DNA from: a bacterium
GTDB taxonomy: Bacteria > Patescibacteriota > Minisyncoccia > Moranbacterales > UBA1568
Direction: 5' to 3'
Assembly (NCBI GenBank): GCA_021821305.1
Contig: JAKACP010000001.1
Span: forward strand, 196,934 to 260,933
DNA length: 64,000 bases
Part shown: in pieces, positions 10,129 through 19,732 of the stretch
How positions within the stretch are numbered: position 1 is the stretch's first letter
Layout: each line of letters starts with the position of its first letter
Notes under the pieces: model-generated
The model's input: only the letters and a program-made list of their open reading frames with translations
Databases searched by the model: none
What the model was told of the DNA's origin: nothing
Made by a program: the position numbers and the translations under genes

Positions 10129-10887
10129 ATGAACACCATCACCCCGAAAGAAGCGTTCGAAGAGATGCGCAGGGATCCGAGCGCGATCCTGATCGATGTC
10201 CGCGAGACATTCGAATTCGCCGATGAACATGCTGAGGGGGCGCAGAATATTCCGCTGGCCCTTTTCCCGCTGCGCGTCGACGAGTTTCCCGCCGACTCCC
10301 GGATCTTCTTCATCTGCCAATCGGGCGGCCGGAGCGCGCAGGCGACCGCCTTCGCCCAAGACAGGGGGCTTCGCGGAGCGATGAATGTCTCGGGAGGGAC
10401 CATGGATTGGATCCGGTCCGGATTGCCGACGGTGGCGCCGGGCGGCTCCTTGCTCGAGGGATCGATACGGAACACGACGATGATCGCGGGCGCCATCGTG
10501 CTCGCGGGCGCGCTCCTTGCGTGGGGCATCATGTCTTCCGGGAACGGAGAGTCCGCGACGCGCGTTGAGCGTGTCGCGGCGCAGGAATTCTCGCAGGCCG
10601 TCGGGAAGGAGGAAGCGACCATACTGGACGTGCGCACCCCGGCGGAATTCTCGCAGGGGCATATCGCGGGTGCGTCGCTCGTCGATTGGAACGACCCGTC
10701 GTTTTCGTCCAAGGTCGCCGAGTTGGACAAGTCGAAGCGGTACCTCGTCTATTGCCGTTCGGGAAGCAGGAGCGCACAGGCGGTCGCGGCGATGCGCGAG
10801 ATGGGATTCACGGATATCACCGAACTGTCCGGCGGAATCATCGCATGGGAGAAAGCAGGACTTCCTCTCGAGCGTTCCGACGAGTAG
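10129..10887 (+). CDS. Double rhodanese protein with a central TM helix
   Basis: IDVRE..CQSGGRS, a hydrophobic segment, then LDVRTP..YCRSGSRS. Confidence 0.88.
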   Translation: MNTITPKEAFEEMRRDPSAILIDVRETFEFADEHAEGAQNIPLALFPLRVDEFPADSRIFFICQSGGRSAQATAFAQDRGLRGAMNVSGGTMDWIRSGLPTVAPGGSLLEGSIRNTTMIAGAIVLAGALLAWGIMSSGNGESATRVERVAAQEFSQAVGKEEATILDVRTPAEFSQGHIAGASLVDWNDPSFSSKVAELDKSKRYLVYCRSGSRSAQAVAAMREMGFTDITELSGGIIAWEKAGLPLERSDE

Positions 10888-10986
10888 CGATGCTGGACAC
10901 GCGGGTCCGAATCTGCTATAATGGATGCGTACTGAAGACGGGTGAACCCCGTCTTTTTTATTTTTTTTAAGCAGTAAGACAAAAAA

Positions 10987-11718
10987 ATGGATAACAAGAG
11001 AACAGCCATAGTCACCGGTGCGGGAGTCGGCATCGGAAAAGGGATCGCTTCGGCGCTGGCCGATGAAGGATACAACGTGGTCGTCGCCGATATCGACGAG
11101 GAGAACGGCCGGAAGGTCGCCGAGGAACTCTCCGGGCGCGGCGTCCAGTCGCTCGCCGTGAAGTGCGACGTCTCCAGTGCTGCCGATGTCGAACGGCTTT
11201 TCAGCCAGACCGCCGAAACATTCGGCAAGGTCGACGTGCTCGTCAACAACGCCGGTATCTATCCCTTCGTCCCCTTTGAAAAAATGCAGGAGTCGGATTG
11301 GGACAAGGTGATGGACGTAAACCTCAAGAGCGTCTTCCTGTGCTCCAAGGAGGCCTTGAAGACGATGTCGGAAGGGGGGCGGATCATCAATATCTCCTCC
11401 ATCGCTTCGCTGGTGGGATTTTCAGGTCTGACCCACTACTGCGCCACGAAAGGCGGCGTCAACGGGATGGTGCGGGCGCTGGCGCTGGAAATGGCTCCCA
11501 AGAATATCACCGTCAATGCCGTCGCCCCCGGCGTGATCCGAACGCCGGGAACACGAGTGGTTGAGGACCTCGAAAAGCAGATGATGCCCATGATCCCCCT
11601 GGCGCGGGTGGGTCAGCCCGAGGATATCGCCAATGCCGTGGTCTTCCTCGCTTCGGAAAAATCGAGCTATATCACCGGGCAGGTGATCGTGGTCGATGGC
11701 GGTTGGACGGCAAGATAG
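10987..11718 (+). CDS. SDR family oxidoreductase (FabG-like)
   Basis: [17 protein letters not shown] and VDGG. Confidence 0.93.
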   Translation: MDNKRTAIVTGAGVGIGKGIASALADEGYNVVVADIDEENGRKVAEELSGRGVQSLAVKCDVSSAADVERLFSQTAETFGKVDVLVNNAGIYPFVPFEKMQESDWDKVMDVNLKSVFLCSKEALKTMSEGGRIINISSIASLVGFSGLTHYCATKGGVNGMVRALALEMAPKNITVNAVAPGVIRTPGTRVVEDLEKQMMPMIPLARVGQPEDIANAVVFLASEKSSYITGQVIVVDGGWTAR

Positions 11719-11748
11719 ATCTATCGATCTTCCTTTCGGATCACGCAT

Positions 11749-11780
11749 AAAAATAGCACCCTGACGGGTGCTATTTTTTT
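11749..11780. terminator. Intrinsic, possibly bidirectional, terminator
   Basis: AAAAATAGCACCC-TGAC-GGGTGCTATTTTTTT. Confidence 0.85.
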
Positions 11781-11972
11781 GCCGCGATCCTTACCATGTC
11801 CATCGCGTCGCGCCTACTGTCTCGCACTCCGGCGGGCCATCTGGTCGATGATGAAATGGAGATTCTTTCTTTACAATCAGGTATGCTGCTACAATGATGT
11901 ATGTCAACGGAAAAAACGGCGTCGAGGTCGATATGCCGGATGGGACGGAATATATTCGTAACGATCAAACAT

Positions 11973-12419
11973 ATGAGCCAGAAGCTGATCATCGGTATCG
12001 TCGTCGCCCTCGCCATCGTCGTGGCCGCGCTCGCGCTCAAGGGGGAGCGGTCGCCGGCCGAGGATACGACAGGAAGCGCGATGAAGGCGGAGGAAGCGGC
12101 CATGAAGGTCGCTCCGGTCAAGGAGTTTTCCATCAATTCGTTCGTCGAGATGGTCGACGGCAAGCCCAAGCCGCAGTTCGACCTGAAGGAATTCACCGTG
12201 AACGAAGGGGACATGGTCCGGATCAAGGTGAAGGTCACCGCGGGAACGCATGATTTCAATATCGACGAGTTCGGTATCCACAAGGCGACACCGCTCAACG
12301 AGGAAGTCGTGATCGAATTCAAGGCCGACAAGGCCGGCGAGTTCGTCTACTACTGCAATATGCCCGGACACCGCGCCGCGGGCCACTGGGGGACGCTCAA
12401 GGTGCTGAAGGCGGAGTAA
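11973..12419 (+). CDS. Exported cupredoxin-domain protein
   Basis: N-terminal TM helix; THDF and YYCNMPGHR. Confidence 0.85.
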   Translation: MSQKLIIGIVVALAIVVAALALKGERSPAEDTTGSAMKAEEAAMKVAPVKEFSINSFVEMVDGKPKPQFDLKEFTVNEGDMVRIKVKVTAGTHDFNIDEFGIHKATPLNEEVVIEFKADKAGEFVYYCNMPGHRAAGHWGTLKVLKAE

Positions 12420-12509
12420 TCCGTCCGGAGGGGAGGCGCGGCCCGGGCAGGGCCGCTTTTCTTTTCCGCCGTTTTGGCACACCATCGACAATCAGGTACA
12501 CTGTGGAGT

Positions 12510-13442
12510 ATGAACGAAGGGAAACATCCGGCGCTCGTCGTCGAACATGTGAAGAAAACCTACGCATCCGGGAAGGAGGCCCTGAAGGAGGTCTCGCTCG
12601 TCATCCCGGAGGGGGATTTTTTCGCGTTTCTCGGCCCCAACGGCGCCGGCAAGACGACCATCATCGGTATCGTCACGGGCATCGTCGACAAGTCGGCCGG
12701 GACCGTCCGGGTGTTCGGGTACGACATCGACCGCGAGCCGGAAAAGGCCAAGGCCTGTATCGGCGTCGTCCCACAGGAAATCAATTTCAATATCTTCGAA
12801 ACCCCGCTCGATATCATCGTGAATCAGGCCGGGTACTATGGGATCTCACGGAAAGAAGCCATACCGCGGGCCGAATCGCTTCTGCGGAGCCTCGGTATCT
12901 TCGACAAGAAGGACCAGGAATCCCGCGCGCTTTCGGGCGGGATGAAACGCCGGCTCATGATCGCCCGCGCGCTCATCCACAAGCCCCGATTGCTCATCCT
13001 CGACGAGCCGACGGCGGGCGTGGATGTGGACCTGCGCCGGAGCATGTGGGATTTCCTCCGATCGCTGACCGAGAAGGAGGGGATCACCATACTCCTCACG
13101 ACGCACTACCTCGAGGAAGCCGAACAGCTCTGCAAGCACGTCGCCATCATCCACCAAGGATCGATCATCGAGTCCGGATCGATGAAGGATATTCTCGGGA
13201 AGATCAACACCGACTCCTTCCTCATCACGCTCCGGTCCCAGGTGACGCCGGAAATCGTCGAAGCGCTCGCCGCGTATCGCGCGAAGAAGATCGACGAGAA
13301 GACGATCGAGATCGAAACGGACGACGGCCGCGGACTCAACGACGCGATCCTCCTCCTCAACGGACGGGGATTCCCCATCGGGGACATCCGGAACAAATCC
13401 GGCCGGCTCGAGGAAGTCTTCGTGAGGCTGACCGGTAAGTAA
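12510..13442 (+). CDS. ABC transporter ATP-binding protein (YadG-like)
   Basis: GPNGAGKT, LSGGMKRR, LDEPTAGVD and TTHYLEEAE. Confidence 0.93.
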   Translation: MNEGKHPALVVEHVKKTYASGKEALKEVSLVIPEGDFFAFLGPNGAGKTTIIGIVTGIVDKSAGTVRVFGYDIDREPEKAKACIGVVPQEINFNIFETPLDIIVNQAGYYGISRKEAIPRAESLLRSLGIFDKKDQESRALSGGMKRRLMIARALIHKPRLLILDEPTAGVDVDLRRSMWDFLRSLTEKEGITILLTTHYLEEAEQLCKHVAIIHQGSIIESGSMKDILGKINTDSFLITLRSQVTPEIVEALAAYRAKKIDEKTIEIETDDGRGLNDAILLLNGRGFPIGDIRNKSGRLEEVFVRLTGK

Positions 13443-13624
13443 CTGTCCGATATCTCACCGCCCTGAATAAAAGAAAAAACCATGCTTGTCTCATAAAACG
13501 TCCGGATCTCGGCTGAAAACCTCTCAAAGCTCGTCGGATTATCATGATAGTCCTTCTCCCTTTTCAAGGTTTTCATCTCGACATCCGAACATTTTCTCGA
13601 GACATGAGATATCGGACAGTTACT
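13438..13624. repeat. Structured dispersed element, family I, copy B
   Basis: Perfect 20-bp terminal inverted repeat AGTAACTGTCCGATATCTCA/TGAGATATCGGACAGTTACT plus the shared internal motifs. Confidence 0.88.
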
Positions 13625-13635
13625 AAGGAAAACCT

Positions 13636-14412
13636 ATGAACGCGAAAAAACTCTGGATATCGTTCATGACCATCGTGCGCAAGGACGTGCTCCGTATCTT
13701 CAAGATATGGCCGCAGACGTTCCTGCCGTCCGTCGTGACGTCGGTCCTCTATTTCCTCGTGTTCGGCACCGTGCTCGGCGAGCAGATCGGCGACGTGGAC
13801 GGGTTTTCCTACCTGCAGTTCGTGGTGCCGGGGCTCGTCATGCTCGCGGTCGTGACGAATTCGTTCTCCGACGTCGCGACCGTCTTTTTCGTCTCGAAGT
13901 TCTTTTCGCGCAATATCGACGAGATCCTCGTCTCACCGACGCCACCCTCGGTCATCATCGCCGGGTTCGTCGGGGGAGGTATCGTCCGCGGCGTCCTGGT
14001 GGGAGCGCTCGTGCTCCTCGTCTCGGCGTTCTTCGTCCCGATCTCGTTCGCATACCCTTCGGTGGTACTGCTTTTCCTCGTCCTCTCGAGCCTCGTCTTC
14101 TCGCTCGCCGGACTCGTGAACGGCATCTACGCGAAGAGCTTCGACGGCATCTCCATCGTCCCGACCTTCGTGTTGACGCCGCTCGTGTATCTCGGCGGCG
14201 TGTTCTTCTCGATCGAGGCGCTGCCGGGATTCTGGCGTGATCTCGCGGCGGCCAATCCGATCTTCTATCTCATAAACGGGTTCCGATACGGACTGCTCGG
14301 CCTTTCGGACGTGCCGATCGCGACCTCTATCGCCGTCTTGGTCGGGCTCGCGGCGGCGCTCATCGCAGCCAACTGGTACTTCATCCGCACCGGGCTCGGG
14401 TTGCGGCAATAG
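13636..14412 (+). CDS. ABC-2 permease (YadH-like)
   Basis: IWPQTFLP, FVVPGL, LTPLVYLGGVF and NPIFYLINGFRYG. Confidence 0.92.
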   Translation: MNAKKLWISFMTIVRKDVLRIFKIWPQTFLPSVVTSVLYFLVFGTVLGEQIGDVDGFSYLQFVVPGLVMLAVVTNSFSDVATVFFVSKFFSRNIDEILVSPTPPSVIIAGFVGGGIVRGVLVGALVLLVSAFFVPISFAYPSVVLLFLVLSSLVFSLAGLVNGIYAKSFDGISIVPTFVLTPLVYLGGVFFSIEALPGFWRDLAAANPIFYLINGFRYGLLGLSDVPIATSIAVLVGLAAALIAANWYFIRTGLGLRQ

Positions 14413-14493
14413 CACGGTGCCGATTCCGGCTTGCCAGGAAGCTTTTTTCGTGGCACAATGCGTATTCGTGTGGCCGCTAAAAATCCGGAAAAT

Positions 14494-15942
14494 ATGGCAG
14501 ACAACATCGTTTTACGCTTCGACCGCGTGTCGTTCGAATACGGACACAAAAAACCGATCCTCGAGGAGGTGAGTTTTTCCGTGCGTACCGGTTCGAAAGT
14601 GACGCTCATGGGACAGAACGGGGCCGGGAAAAGCTCCCTGTTCAAGCTCATCACGGGCGAAATGAACCCGGACCAAGGCCGCGTGTCGATCGACCGGGGC
14701 GCGACGGTCGCCATCGGCCGCCAGACCATACCCCGCGATCACCTCGATTTCACCGTCGAGGAATTTTTCGCGGAAGCGTTTCCGGAGAAGCGCTGGGACC
14801 TGCCGGCACGGATCAAGGACACTCTCGAGATCGTCAATCTCGTGGCACCGCTCGACAGGAAGATCCGGGAGTTCTCCGGCGGCCAGCAGGCGCGGCTCCT
14901 CCTCGGATTCGCGCTCATCCAGAATCCCGATATCCTCCTCCTCGACGAACCGACCAACAATCTCGACGCGGCCGGCATCGCGCATCTGACGCAGTTCCTC
15001 ATCGACTATGACAAGACCTGCATCGTGATCTCCCACGATGCGGACTTCCTCAACTCGTTCACGCACGGCGTGCTCTACCTCGACGTGTTCACACATAAGA
15101 TCGAGCAGTACACCGGCGACTACTACGACGTGGTCGAGGAGATCAAGTCCCGCATCGAGAAAGCCGAGCGCGAGAATGTCCGGCTCGAGCGGACGATCCA
15201 GGAGAAGAAGGATCAGGCGAACGTCTTCGCGAACAAGGGCGGCAAGCTCCGCGCCGTCGCCAAGCGGATGCGCACGCTCGCCGAAGATCTCGAGGAGAAC
15301 AAGATGGACGTGCGACGCGAGGACAAGACCCTCCCCGATTTCGAGATTCCCTGCGCGGATAAGGTCGGTCCGATCGTGACCATCAAGACCGCGTCCGTCC
15401 TCAAAGAGGGTATCGCGGAAACGAAACCGGTCAACCTCACGCTCAAGCGCAATACCCATCTCTTCGTCTCCGGGCCGAACGGCATCGGCAAGAGCACGTT
15501 CCTCGAGGCGCTCGCGCGCGGCGACGCGGAGCGGGTGGAGATCACGCCCGGCGTGAAAATCGGCTACTATCGGCAGGATTTCTCGTCGCTCGACTTCGAC
15601 GCGACGGTGTTCGACACGCTGCTCTCCGCCATGAAGGAGAAGAACAAGGAGCTCGTCTACAAGCTCGCGGCGAAATTCCTCATCCCGGCCGAGCTCATCC
15701 AGAACAAGGTCGAGAGCCTCTCGGAAGGGCAGAAGGGATTGCTCATGTTCGCGAAGCTCTACGCGGAGGAGCCGGAACTGCTCATCCTCGACGAGCCGAC
15801 GAACCATATCAACTTCCGCCACCTGCCGGTCATCGCGGCGGCGCTCGACGCGTATCGCGGCACGATGATATTCGTGTCCCACGTCCCGGATTTCGTAGCG
15901 CAGATCCGCATCGACGAGGTCCTCGATCTGGAAAGTCTGTAG
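14494..15942 (+). CDS. ABC-F family ATPase
   Basis: Two nucleotide-binding domains (GQNGAGKS/FSGGQ/DEPTNNLD and GPNGIGKS/LSEGQ/DEPTNH); no TM segments. Confidence 0.92.
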   Translation: MADNIVLRFDRVSFEYGHKKPILEEVSFSVRTGSKVTLMGQNGAGKSSLFKLITGEMNPDQGRVSIDRGATVAIGRQTIPRDHLDFTVEEFFAEAFPEKRWDLPARIKDTLEIVNLVAPLDRKIREFSGGQQARLLLGFALIQNPDILLLDEPTNNLDAAGIAHLTQFLIDYDKTCIVISHDADFLNSFTHGVLYLDVFTHKIEQYTGDYYDVVEEIKSRIEKAERENVRLERTIQEKKDQANVFANKGGKLRAVAKRMRTLAEDLEENKMDVRREDKTLPDFEIPCADKVGPIVTIKTASVLKEGIAETKPVNLTLKRNTHLFVSGPNGIGKSTFLEALARGDAERVEITPGVKIGYYRQDFSSLDFDATVFDTLLSAMKEKNKELVYKLAAKFLIPAELIQNKVESLSEGQKGLLMFAKLYAEEPELLILDEPTNHINFRHLPVIAAALDAYRGTMIFVSHVPDFVAQIRIDEVLDLESL

Positions 15943-15989
15943 GACTTGCGGATGACAGTTGCTTGGGAATATTTCCTCATAATAATGCC

Positions 15990-16709
15990 ATGGAACAAGA
16001 GCCTATCCCGTTTCCGGTCCGTATCAACCGGTACCTCGCGCTTCGCGGGTATGCGACGCGGCGCGGCGCGGAAGAGCTCATCCTCCGCGGCGCGGTGACG
16101 ATCAACGGCCGCAAGGCGGAGCTCGCCGACCGTGTCGGCGCGGAGGATCGTGTCGAGATCACCGGGGCCGCGATGCCGTCCTCCGATGATTTTTTCTATT
16201 TCGCATACTACAAGCCGCGCGGGATCATCACGCACTCGCCGCAGGCGCGCGAGAAATCCATCGGGGACGTCGCGAACGTTCCCGACGGCGTATTCCCGGT
16301 CGGGCGGCTCGACAAGGAATCCGAGGGGCTCATCATCCTCACGGACGACGGCCGGGTGACCGACCGGTTGCTCAACCCGCGCCTCGGGCACGAGAAGGAA
16401 TACGAGGTGACGATACAGGAGCGGATCGTCCCCGGTGTCGCCGCCCGGATGCGCGAGGGGATAACCGACCGCGGGGAGCTGTTACGCGCGAAGGACGTCA
16501 AGGTGCACGGCCCACACGTCATGAACATCATCCTCACCGAGGGGAAGAAGCATCAGATCCGCCGCATGTTGGGCGGGGCCCGGCTCACGGTCCAGGCGCT
16601 CAAGCGCGTCCGCATCATGGACGTCCATCTCGGCAATCTCAAGCCGGGACAGACCCGTGCGCTCCGCGGCGCGGCCAGGGAAAACTTCCTCCGCGATATC
16701 GGACTTTAG
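15990..16709 (+). CDS. RsuA/RluB/RluF-family pseudouridine synthase
   Basis: S4 domain, YKPRG, VGRLDKESEGL and EGKKHQIRRM. Confidence 0.93.
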   Translation: MEQEPIPFPVRINRYLALRGYATRRGAEELILRGAVTINGRKAELADRVGAEDRVEITGAAMPSSDDFFYFAYYKPRGIITHSPQAREKSIGDVANVPDGVFPVGRLDKESEGLIILTDDGRVTDRLLNPRLGHEKEYEVTIQERIVPGVAARMREGITDRGELLRAKDVKVHGPHVMNIILTEGKKHQIRRMLGGARLTVQALKRVRIMDVHLGNLKPGQTRALRGAARENFLRDIGL

Positions 16710-16804
16710 GCTTCCTTACCGAATATGTTTTCTGCCGTCGCCTCCGCGACGGCTTTTTCGTGGTAGAATGGGGTCATACTCCTAATTGGAGATGGTAAGA
16801 ATCC

Positions 16805-17006
16805 ATGACAGAAAACGAAGGTCCGCATCATCGATGACGATGAGGCACTCTGTGGGATTCCGGTCATCATCCTAACCGATATGGACAACGAGGACACGTT
16901 CAGGAAAGCCGGCGAATTCGTGATCCATTTCTATCTCATCAAGTCTCTCGTCACGCCGCAGAAGGTCGTCGATACGGTGCACGGGGTATTCCGCCCGCCT
17001 CTCTGA
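16805..17006 (+). pseudogene. Response-regulator receiver remnant
   Basis: KVRIIDDDEAL joined directly to IPVIILTD...YLIKSLVTPQKVV; central part missing and ATG out of frame. Confidence 0.6.
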
Positions 17007-17019
17007 TACGAGTACCACC

Positions 17020-17532
17020 ATGGATATCGTCTCACACGGCCTCTGGGGATCACTCGCGTTCGGAAGGAAGAACCGAAGGAATTTCTGGACGGCATTTTTC
17101 TTCGGTATCGCGCCTGATCTCTTTTCGTTCGGCTTTTATATCGCTGGGACCTGGGTCGGCGTGTTTGATCATCCGGACTGGAGTTCCGGCAATCATCCTG
17201 CCCCGAGTACTATCCCGTTCTTCGTTCATGCGTTTTACAATGTGACGCACAGCCTCCTCGCGTTCGGCGGCGTGTTCGGCCTCGTCTGGCTGTTCCGTCG
17301 GAAGCCGTTCTGGCCGATGGCAACGTGGGGACTTCATATTATCGTCGATATCCCGACGCATGCCTCATGGTTTTTTCCGACGCCGTTCCTTTGGCCGATA
17401 TCGGATGTGACGGTGAACGGCGTCCCGTGGTCGCATCCGATCATATTCTTCCCGAACGTCATCCTGCTCCTCGCTTTCTACGTCTGGTTTTTCGCCGCCC
17501 GGAGAAAGCGCTCACGGAATATCAGCGGCTGA
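17020..17532 (+). CDS. Membrane-bound metal-dependent hydrolase-like protein
   Basis: SH..PD..THS..HIIVDIPTH pattern in a hydrophobic protein. Confidence 0.7.
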   Translation: MDIVSHGLWGSLAFGRKNRRNFWTAFFFGIAPDLFSFGFYIAGTWVGVFDHPDWSSGNHPAPSTIPFFVHAFYNVTHSLLAFGGVFGLVWLFRRKPFWPMATWGLHIIVDIPTHASWFFPTPFLWPISDVTVNGVPWSHPIIFFPNVILLLAFYVWFFAARRKRSRNISG

Positions 17533-17685
17533 ACCGTACTTTTCCTTCCGATGTCGCCTCGGAGCCGGTTTTTCCACTGGTCTTCCCGCGGAATTGATGT
17601 CGCGTCGATCGCCGTCGGGCTTTGATTTTTTTCCTGAATCCGGTCTATAGTTGAGTCATGTTCTTTCCAATGGAAGGGGATCATC

Positions 17686-18483
17686 ATGGAAAATGTCCTC
17701 AATTACCGGTCCCGGCCGATTCCGGATCTCGAAGAAGCGTGTCTGCGCCGCAAGGTGTCGCGCGAGCATCCGCTCGTCTTTTCCGACGAACGGTCGTTCG
17801 AACGATGCGTCCGTATCGATGAATACGGTATCGCGGGAGATTCCTATTATTACCGGGAGGAGGGCAATCCTCCGTACGATCACCGCGCCGAGGGATCGAT
17901 ACCGCACGTGCTCGTCCGAAAGTCGGTCGCTGAAATGCTCGCCTCCGTCAATGAGCGACTGTGCCGGGTCGGCGTCGAGCTCTACGTCTTCGACGCGTAT
18001 CGTCCGGTCCGGGTCCAGGATTATTTCTTCCTTGACTGGATGCCTTCCGTGCTCCGGAAACGGTATCCGGACTGGTCCGATGACGAGATCGATGCCGAGA
18101 CCAGGAATTACTGGGGCCGCGGATCCCGCGAGGACGGGAAAGTCGATCTGTTCTCGCCGCCTTTCCATTCGACCGGCGGTGCGGTGGATCTTCTCCTGCG
18201 GGAGATCCGCACGGGAGGCTTCATCCACACGGGTTCGTTCTTCGATGATTTTTCACCGGCCTCGGCGACGGATTTCTATGAGCGGCTCGCGCTCGTGAAG
18301 AATCTGGACGCATGGGAAACCGAGGCGCTCCTCAATCGACGATTGCTCTACTGGGTGCTCCTCGAGGCGGGATTCGCCAACAACCCCAAGGAGCTCTGGC
18401 ACTTCTCCTACGGAGACCAGCTCTGGGCCGTGCTGACCGGAGAGAGGGAGGCGTTCTACTCCTTCTCGCTCATCGACGTATGA
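17686..18483 (+). CDS. D-Ala-D-Ala dipeptidase (M15D/VanX-like)
   Basis: DAYRP, HSTGGAVD and ELWHFSYGDQ. Confidence 0.88.
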   Translation: MENVLNYRSRPIPDLEEACLRRKVSREHPLVFSDERSFERCVRIDEYGIAGDSYYYREEGNPPYDHRAEGSIPHVLVRKSVAEMLASVNERLCRVGVELYVFDAYRPVRVQDYFFLDWMPSVLRKRYPDWSDDEIDAETRNYWGRGSREDGKVDLFSPPFHSTGGAVDLLLREIRTGGFIHTGSFFDDFSPASATDFYERLALVKNLDAWETEALLNRRLLYWVLLEAGFANNPKELWHFSYGDQLWAVLTGEREAFYSFSLIDV

Positions 18484-18505
18484 GTGCCGCCCCGGCGACC
18501 ATGTG

Positions 18506-18540
18506 AAAAACCTGACGGTATCCCGTCAGGTTCTTTTTTT
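18506..18540. terminator. Bidirectional terminator between convergent genes
   Basis: AAAAACCTGACGG/CCGTCAGGTTCTTTTTTT. Confidence 0.75.
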
Positions 18541-18564
18541 GTGTTCGATCCGAGTAAGGGTGGG

Positions 18565-19620
18565 TCAGCGAAGGAGAATCCCGAGGAATTCCATCAGGTC
18601 CATGTCCTTGCGCGCGGTCAGCACGAGGTATCGCGCGATCGCCTCGCGTTTCGACGGAGTCTTATCCGGGCAGACCGCCTCATACGCGGCTACGTCCTCT
18701 TCCGTGAGGCTCGGAGCAGCTATGTCCTGGCCGCCCATGAGGTAATACATGAGCGAGCGGTCGTTGCCGACGTGTTCCTCGATGCCGAGCGCGTGGCCGA
18801 ACTCATGCGCGATCACGAGCCGGAGATCGTCTTTCCCTTCGAATTGGAATATCTCGATGGACGCGAGCGGCGGGACATAGAGCCCCTGTACGAAGGGACG
18901 GGGGTCGCCGTAGCGCTCCTTGAATTTGGCTATGTTCTCGTTCACGGCACCCGCCTTCGTGTTCATGGCCTTGGCCAGGGCGTTGACGCGTCCGGCGAGC
19001 GCCTGCAGTTCCTCGCTCGCCTCGGTGAGCCGCCGACCCTCTTCTTCCAGTTCTTTCTTGGTATCTTCCAGTTTCTCGTATATGTCCGCCGGCGCGCCGC
19101 CCGCTTCGTTCCATTTCGCCACCTCGGCGTTGTACTCCGCGAGAGCTTCCTCGTATTTTTCGGCATCCGCCTCGAAGCGTTTCTTGTCCCGTTCGTATCG
19201 GGCAAGGAGGTCGGCCCGCTTCTTCTCGATCTCCGCGCTTTCCGCCTCATAGGAAGCGACCGTCTCCTCGAGCATTCGCGCCTCGGTCGTCATCTTCTGG
19301 CGTTCGTCGAAGATGGCGGTGATCCGGAACGGGGACTGCGGGTCATAGAGGAATACGTCTTTCCCGAGACCGCGCTCCCAGACGGATTCGGCTTCGAGCG
19401 AGGCGGCGAGTACTCCCTTCCGATCGAGCGGAAACCGTTGATCGATCTCGCCCACGCCGTAGCGGATCGGCATATCGCATCCCGGAATACCCGCAGGGAG
19501 CCGGAAAAGCGCCGGCGCGGCCACGGATACGGCCATGGCGGCGATGAGGCCGGCGGTCATCAGGGATACTATCGGTTTTCGTGAATATGAGGTCGGGAGC
19601 ATGTCCGCGGATGAAATCAT
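18565..19620 (-). CDS. Matrixin/M10-like zinc metalloprotease with coiled coil
   Basis: HEFGHALGIEEH and SLM Met-turn; N-terminal TM helix; start uncertain. Confidence 0.85.
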   Translation of the reverse strand: MISSADMLPTSYSRKPIVSLMTAGLIAAMAVSVAAPALFRLPAGIPGCDMPIRYGVGEIDQRFPLDRKGVLAASLEAESVWERGLGKDVFLYDPQSPFRITAIFDERQKMTTEARMLEETVASYEAESAEIEKKRADLLARYERDKKRFEADAEKYEEALAEYNAEVAKWNEAGGAPADIYEKLEDTKKELEEEGRRLTEASEELQALAGRVNALAKAMNTKAGAVNENIAKFKERYGDPRPFVQGLYVPPLASIEIFQFEGKDDLRLVIAHEFGHALGIEEHVGNDRSLMYYLMGGQDIAAPSLTEEDVAAYEAVCPDKTPSKREAIARYLVLTARKDMDLMEFLGILLR

Positions 19621-19650
19621 GTACGCGAAGTATACAATGCGGGAAATATG

Positions 19651-19679
19651 TTGACAAAAGTGCGGTTTTTCCCTATCAT
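19651..19679 (+). promoter_or_regulatory. Sigma70-type promoter
   Basis: TTGACA-17 bp-TATCAT. Confidence 0.6.
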
Positions 19680-19732
19680 CACGCGGATTCGACTTTGTCG
19701 GACAATGTGTTCTTTATCAGACCGGAGGGATC

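Noticed and set aside
8936-12419. Integrative element at tRNA-Asn
   Set aside because: No integrase and no distal direct repeat of the tRNA 3' end were noticed in the window.
17686-18483. Vancomycin resistance locus
   Set aside because: A lone M15D dipeptidase with no vanHA or vanRS genes.
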